Shown: one piece after another, positions 49,169 through 52,766 of the stretch | How positions within the stretch are numbered: the stretch's first letter is position 1 | How the letters are laid out: each line of letters begins with the position of its first letter | Assembly (NCBI RefSeq): GCF_010672795.1 | Contig: NZ_JAAHFZ010000014.1 | Span: forward strand, 1 to 52,766 | From: Moorena sp. SIO1G6 | Lineage (GTDB): Bacteria; Cyanobacteriota; Cyanobacteriia; Cyanobacteriales; Coleofasciculaceae | Reading direction: 5' to 3' | DNA: 52,766 nucleotides | The notes under the pieces: generated by a model | What the model was told of the DNA's origin: nothing | Seen by the model: only the letters and a program-made list of their open reading frames with translations | The model's database searches: none | Position numbers and translations under genes: made by a program

Positions 49169-52100
49169 TTGATTGGCACTATGTACTATATTGGTAAAAG
49201 CTATCTCAAGAAAGGAAAAAAAAAGAACAATAAGAAAGTAAAAAATAAAAATATTATTCGGGAATCAGAGCAGTTACGGCCTATTCGAAATTCCCAAACC
49301 TTGGAAGCGATCGCAGAAAACACTAAACCAGAAATTACCCCAGATTTTGAATTAAAAAAATATCAGGAAGCACTCCTAGAGAGCTATGGTAATCTCAAAT
49401 TGGATAGTTTGGATACTAGTGGCTGTGCTTATAATGAACTAAAACTCTGGAATATATTTATCCACCAAAATGTGCAAGAGGTTCATGACTTGATGCCGGA
49501 GGGGATTCATGAACTGCCTAAGGATTATTATCAAAAACTGCAAGAGAGTGGTGAATTAGATATCGAAATTGACCAAAAGGAGTTGCAACGAGCTAGAAAG
49601 GATTATTATCAACAGCCAATTAAATCCGTATTGGATGTAATTAAGGACTCTCAAGGCTATCGCTATTTGGTGGTTTTAGGAGACCCAGGCTCTGGTAAAT
49701 CTACCTTGCTGCAATATTTAGCATTGGAGTGGGCAAGAACTGATCTAACTACTGAAAGTTCTCTACGGATTCCGTTACTGATTGACTTACCCACTTATAT
49801 CCGGAATCGCGATAGTGGACAGTGTCAGAATTTCTTGGAATTCTGCCATCAAAGTAGTGGAACGATATGTCATCTCAATCAAAATAAACTTGATGATAAG
49901 TTAAAGGCGGGTATTGTCTTAGTGATGTTTGATGGCTTGGATGAAGTGTTTGAGCCAGGGAAACGAGAGGATATAATTACTGATATTCATCGCTTTACGA
50001 ATAATTATCCTAAGGTAAGAGTAATTGTGACATCTCGGGTAATTGGTTATAAACCTCAACGGCTACGGGATGCTGATTTTCGTCATGTAATGCTCCAAGA
50101 CTTGGAGTCGGAACAAATTCAAACGTTTATCCAGCAGTGGCATGAGTTAACCTTTACTGATCAAGTCGATAAAGTTAGGAAACAGGAGCGCTTACAAAAA
50201 GCAATAAAGACATCCTCTCGGATTCGAGAACTGGCGCAAAATCCCCTATTACTAACCATGATGGCAATCCTGAACCGCAATCAAGAATTGCCTCGTGACC
50301 GCTCTGAACTCTATAACCAATCTTCTCGGTTACTGCTCCATCAATGGGATGTGGAACTAGCATTACTAGAAGATAATCCTGTTGATCCGAAGACTATTGA
50401 TTATCAAGATAAGCAACAGATATTGGGAAAAGTGGCAGATTTCATGCAGGGTAATCAAGGGGGATTAGCGGGAAATCTGATTAGTGGGGAAGATTTAGAA
50501 AGAATTATCAAAGAGGAGCTGAAATTACGGGAGGTTACTAATCCTAAAGCTGTTGCTAAGGTAATGATTAATCAGTTGTGTACCCGCAATTTTATCTTCT
50601 GTTCAATGGGAGCCAATTACTACGCTTTTGTGCATCGGACATTTTTGAACTATTTCTGTGCTCGGGAATTGGTCAGGAAATTTGAGAAAAAGCAGGAGAT
50701 TTCCCTAGCACAGTTGAAAACTGAGGTATTTGGTAAGCACTGGCGGGATGAATATTGGCATGAAGCGCTCCAGTTGATTGTGGGCATGGTTGATTCTACC
50801 AAAGCTGGAGAGATTATTGAGTATTTGATGGAACAAGGTGGAGTAGAGGATGATTTTAATAATTTATTTCTGGCAGGGGATTGTTTATCTGAGGTTAGGA
50901 ATCGGTATGAGATTAAATCAACGAATATTGGATTACTGAATCGCGTCAAAGACTTAATTCATTATGATCTAAATTCTACTGATAACAAGTATGGAGATGA
51001 GGCCAACTTAGTCCGTGATATTCGCACTAAAGCTGTTGTAGCAGTAGCCACCCATTGGCAAGACCACCGAGATACCTTAGCCCTACTTAAAAAATTGGCT
51101 CGCTCGGATGCTGATAGGTATGTGCGAGTTAGAGCAATTGAACAGTTAGTTCAAGGTTACAAAGACCACCGAGATACCTTAGCCCTACTTAAAAAATTGG
51201 CTCGCTCTGATACGGATTTGTGGGTGCGAGCTACAGCAATTGAACAGTTAGCTAAAGGTTACAAAGACCACCGAGATACCTTAGCCATACTTCAAGAATT
51301 GGCTCGCTCTGATACGGATTTGTGGGTGCGATGTAGAGCAATTGAACAGTTAGCTAAAGGTTACAAAGACCACCGAGATACCTTAGCCATACTTAAACAA
51401 TCGGCTCGCTCTGATACTGATTCGGAGGTGCGAATTACAGCAATTGAACAGTTAGCTCAAGGTTACAAAGACCACCAATATACCTTAGCACTACTTGAAC
51501 AATCGGCTCGCTGTGATACTGATTCGGAGGTGCGAGTTAGAGCAATTGAACAGTTAGTTCAAGCTTACAAAGACCACCTAGATACCTTAGACATACTTCA
51601 AGAATTGGCTCGCTATAATACTGATTCGTGGGTGCGAGGTACAGCAATTGAACAGTTAGCTAAAGGTTACAAAGACCACCGAGATACCTTAGCCATACTT
51701 AAACAATCGGCTCGCTGTGATCAAGATTGGCAGGTGCGAGTTAGAGCAATTGAACAGTTAGCTCAAGGTTACAAAGACCACCGAGATACCTTAGCCCTAC
51801 TTCAAGAATTGGCTCGCTGTGATACTGATTCGGATGTTCGATGTAAAGCAATTGAACAGTTAGCTAAAAGTTACAAAGACCAGCGAGATACCATAGCCAT
51901 ACTTCAAGAATTGGCTCGCTCTGATACTGATTCGTGGGTAAGAATTACAGCAATTGAACAGTTAGCTAAAGGTTACAAAGACCACCGAGATACCATAGCC
52001 CTACTTCAACAATGGGCTCGCTGTGATACTGATTCGTGGGTACGAGTTACAGCAATTGAACAGTTAGCTAAAGGTTACAAAGACCACCGAGATACCATAG

Positions 52101-52762
52101 CCCTACTTCAACAATGGGCTCGCTATAATACTGATTCGAGTGTGCGAGTTAGAGCAATTGAACAGTTAGCTAAAGGTTACAAAGACCACCGAGATACCAT
52201 AGCCCTACTTCAACAATGGGCTCGCTCTGATACTGATTGGCAGGTGCGATGTACAGCAATTGAACAGTTAGCTAAACGTTACCAAGACCACCGAGATACC
52301 TTGGCCCTACTTCAAGAATCGGCTCGCTCTGATACTGATTCGGATGTGCGAGTTACAGCAATTAAACAGTTAGCTAAACGTTACCAAGACCACCGAGATA
52401 CCTTAGCCCTACTTCAAGAATCGGCTCGCTCTGATACTGATTCGGATGTGCGAGGTAGAGCAATTGAACTGTTAGCTCAAGGTTGGCACGATCGCGTAGC
52501 GTGGCCTACGGCCAATCAGCCTTGGTTATTTGAATTTTTATGCGATCGCATTCTCCATGACCCCTATGATCCTAATAAGGATAAGAAAAACGTGATTGTC
52601 TATGGACTAGAAAACAATCCTCGACAAGCAGCCCTTAATGCCATCCTCAAATATTATCCTAACCATTCCCAAACCCGATCCTTATTACAGGATAGAGCAG
52701 AGCATGACTCCGATCCTGAACTGCGGAAGTTTGCTAAGGATAATTTAGAATGTAGAATTTAG
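49169..52762 (+). CDS. NLR-like STAND NTPase: NACHT domain + 14 tandem HEAT (PBS-lyase/E-Z type) repeats
   Basis: Walker A is VVLGDPGSGKSTLLQYLA and Walker B is VLVMFDGLDEV. The pre-NACHT motif is KKYQEALLESYGNLKLDSLD. Then come 14 units of the 34-aa repeat HRDTLALLxxLARSDTDxxVRxxAIEQLAKGYKD. The true start is uncertain: the first ~25 codons are K-rich translated A-tracts, and the first ATG is at 49181. Confidence 0.8.
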   Translation: MIGTMYYIGKSYLKKGKKKNNKKVKNKNIIRESEQLRPIRNSQTLEAIAENTKPEITPDFELKKYQEALLESYGNLKLDSLDTSGCAYNELKLWNIFIHQNVQEVHDLMPEGIHELPKDYYQKLQESGELDIEIDQKELQRARKDYYQQPIKSVLDVIKDSQGYRYLVVLGDPGSGKSTLLQYLALEWARTDLTTESSLRIPLLIDLPTYIRNRDSGQCQNFLEFCHQSSGTICHLNQNKLDDKLKAGIVLVMFDGLDEVFEPGKREDIITDIHRFTNNYPKVRVIVTSRVIGYKPQRLRDADFRHVMLQDLESEQIQTFIQQWHELTFTDQVDKVRKQERLQKAIKTSSRIRELAQNPLLLTMMAILNRNQELPRDRSELYNQSSRLLLHQWDVELALLEDNPVDPKTIDYQDKQQILGKVADFMQGNQGGLAGNLISGEDLERIIKEELKLREVTNPKAVAKVMINQLCTRNFIFCSMGANYYAFVHRTFLNYFCARELVRKFEKKQEISLAQLKTEVFGKHWRDEYWHEALQLIVGMVDSTKAGEIIEYLMEQGGVEDDFNNLFLAGDCLSEVRNRYEIKSTNIGLLNRVKDLIHYDLNSTDNKYGDEANLVRDIRTKAVVAVATHWQDHRDTLALLKKLARSDADRYVRVRAIEQLVQGYKDHRDTLALLKKLARSDTDLWVRATAIEQLAKGYKDHRDTLAILQELARSDTDLWVRCRAIEQLAKGYKDHRDTLAILKQSARSDTDSEVRITAIEQLAQGYKDHQYTLALLEQSARCDTDSEVRVRAIEQLVQAYKDHLDTLDILQELARYNTDSWVRGTAIEQLAKGYKDHRDTLAILKQSARCDQDWQVRVRAIEQLAQGYKDHRDTLALLQELARCDTDSDVRCKAIEQLAKSYKDQRDTIAILQELARSDTDSWVRITAIEQLAKGYKDHRDTIALLQQWARCDTDSWVRVTAIEQLAKGYKDHRDTIALLQQWARYNTDSSVRVRAIEQLAKGYKDHRDTIALLQQWARSDTDWQVRCTAIEQLAKRYQDHRDTLALLQESARSDTDSDVRVTAIKQLAKRYQDHRDTLALLQESARSDTDSDVRGRAIELLAQGWHDRVAWPTANQPWLFEFLCDRILHDPYDPNKDKKNVIVYGLENNPRQAALNAILKYYPNHSQTRSLLQDRAEHDSDPELRKFAKDNLECRI
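51053..52485 (+). repeat. 14 x 102-bp near-identical in-frame tandem repeats (HEAT-like) with variation confined to a few codons
   Basis: Seen directly. The units are >90% identical at the DNA level. The variable codons map to repeat positions ~9-10 (KK/QE/KQ/EQ/QQ), 12 (L/S/W), 15-16 (SD/CD/YN), 19-20 and 23-24 (RVR/RAT/RCR/RIT/RGT/RCK/RVT). Confidence 0.9.
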
Positions 52763-52766
52763 AATT

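Noticed and set aside
51053-52485. Regular ~100-bp tandem repeats that could superficially resemble a CRISPR-like or satellite array
   Set aside because: The units are 102 bp, contiguous without spacers, and in frame within a single long ORF. They encode a coherent HEAT-like repeat, so this is a protein repeat and not a CRISPR array.
1-52766. tRNA, rRNA, tmRNA, RNase P and CRISPR arrays
   Set aside because: I scanned for T-loop-like GTTCRANYC contexts with acceptor-stem complementarity and for spacer-interleaved direct repeats, and found none. The candidates (e.g. ggttcgatt at 6715 and ggttcgacc at 33910) lie in coding sequence or lack cloverleaf pairing.

Overview
This is a cyanobacterial chromosomal window. 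The call rests on GCGATCGC (HIP1) octamers throughout, heptanucleotide STRR-type tandem repeats in most spacers, and a cyanobacteria-style r-protein gene order (no rpsJ, rpsN or rpmD, and truA embedded in the cluster). I found no tRNA, rRNA or CRISPR array.

**5' third (1-21.5 kb).** Genes here are rpmG-rpsR, an RNase II/R-family exoribonuclease, an ammonium transporter, a STAS anti-sigma antagonist, a 971-aa fused radical-SAM protein, a pentapeptide-repeat protein and a Kef-type CPA2 antiporter. Two different TnpB-only IS200/IS605-type elements are interspersed. One is itself disrupted. The other sits in the middle of a relic of a eukaryote-like major vault protein (MVP) gene.

**Middle (21.9-41.0 kb).** The conserved S10-spc-alpha cluster runs uninterrupted from rplC to prfA. 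It includes rpmJ, which the ORF track misses.

**3' quarter (41-52.8 kb).** This looks accessory. It holds a receiver-PAS-nucleotidyl-cyclase gene, an HTH plus AAA-like NTPase, a tandem-repeat mini-protein, a DUF2993-like protein and a Uma2-family endonuclease. It ends with an NLR-like STAND NTPase: a NACHT domain followed by 14 near-identical 102-bp HEAT-like repeats. Their variability is confined to a few codons, which is the signature of a diversifying sensor and hence a putative antiviral or conflict system.

**Dispersed repeats.** Several families recur through the window. There is a ~45-bp palindromic MITE (GGTGCG...AATTAAATTCGCC...CGCACC) and a ~19-nt GTTCGCGTAGCGTGGCC element that also occurs inside coding sequence. 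Many in-frame tandem repeats extend or link proteins, namely the L29 C-terminal tail and the linker of the radical-SAM fusion.

All functional calls rest on motif-level recognition of the translated ORFs. No database search was possible.
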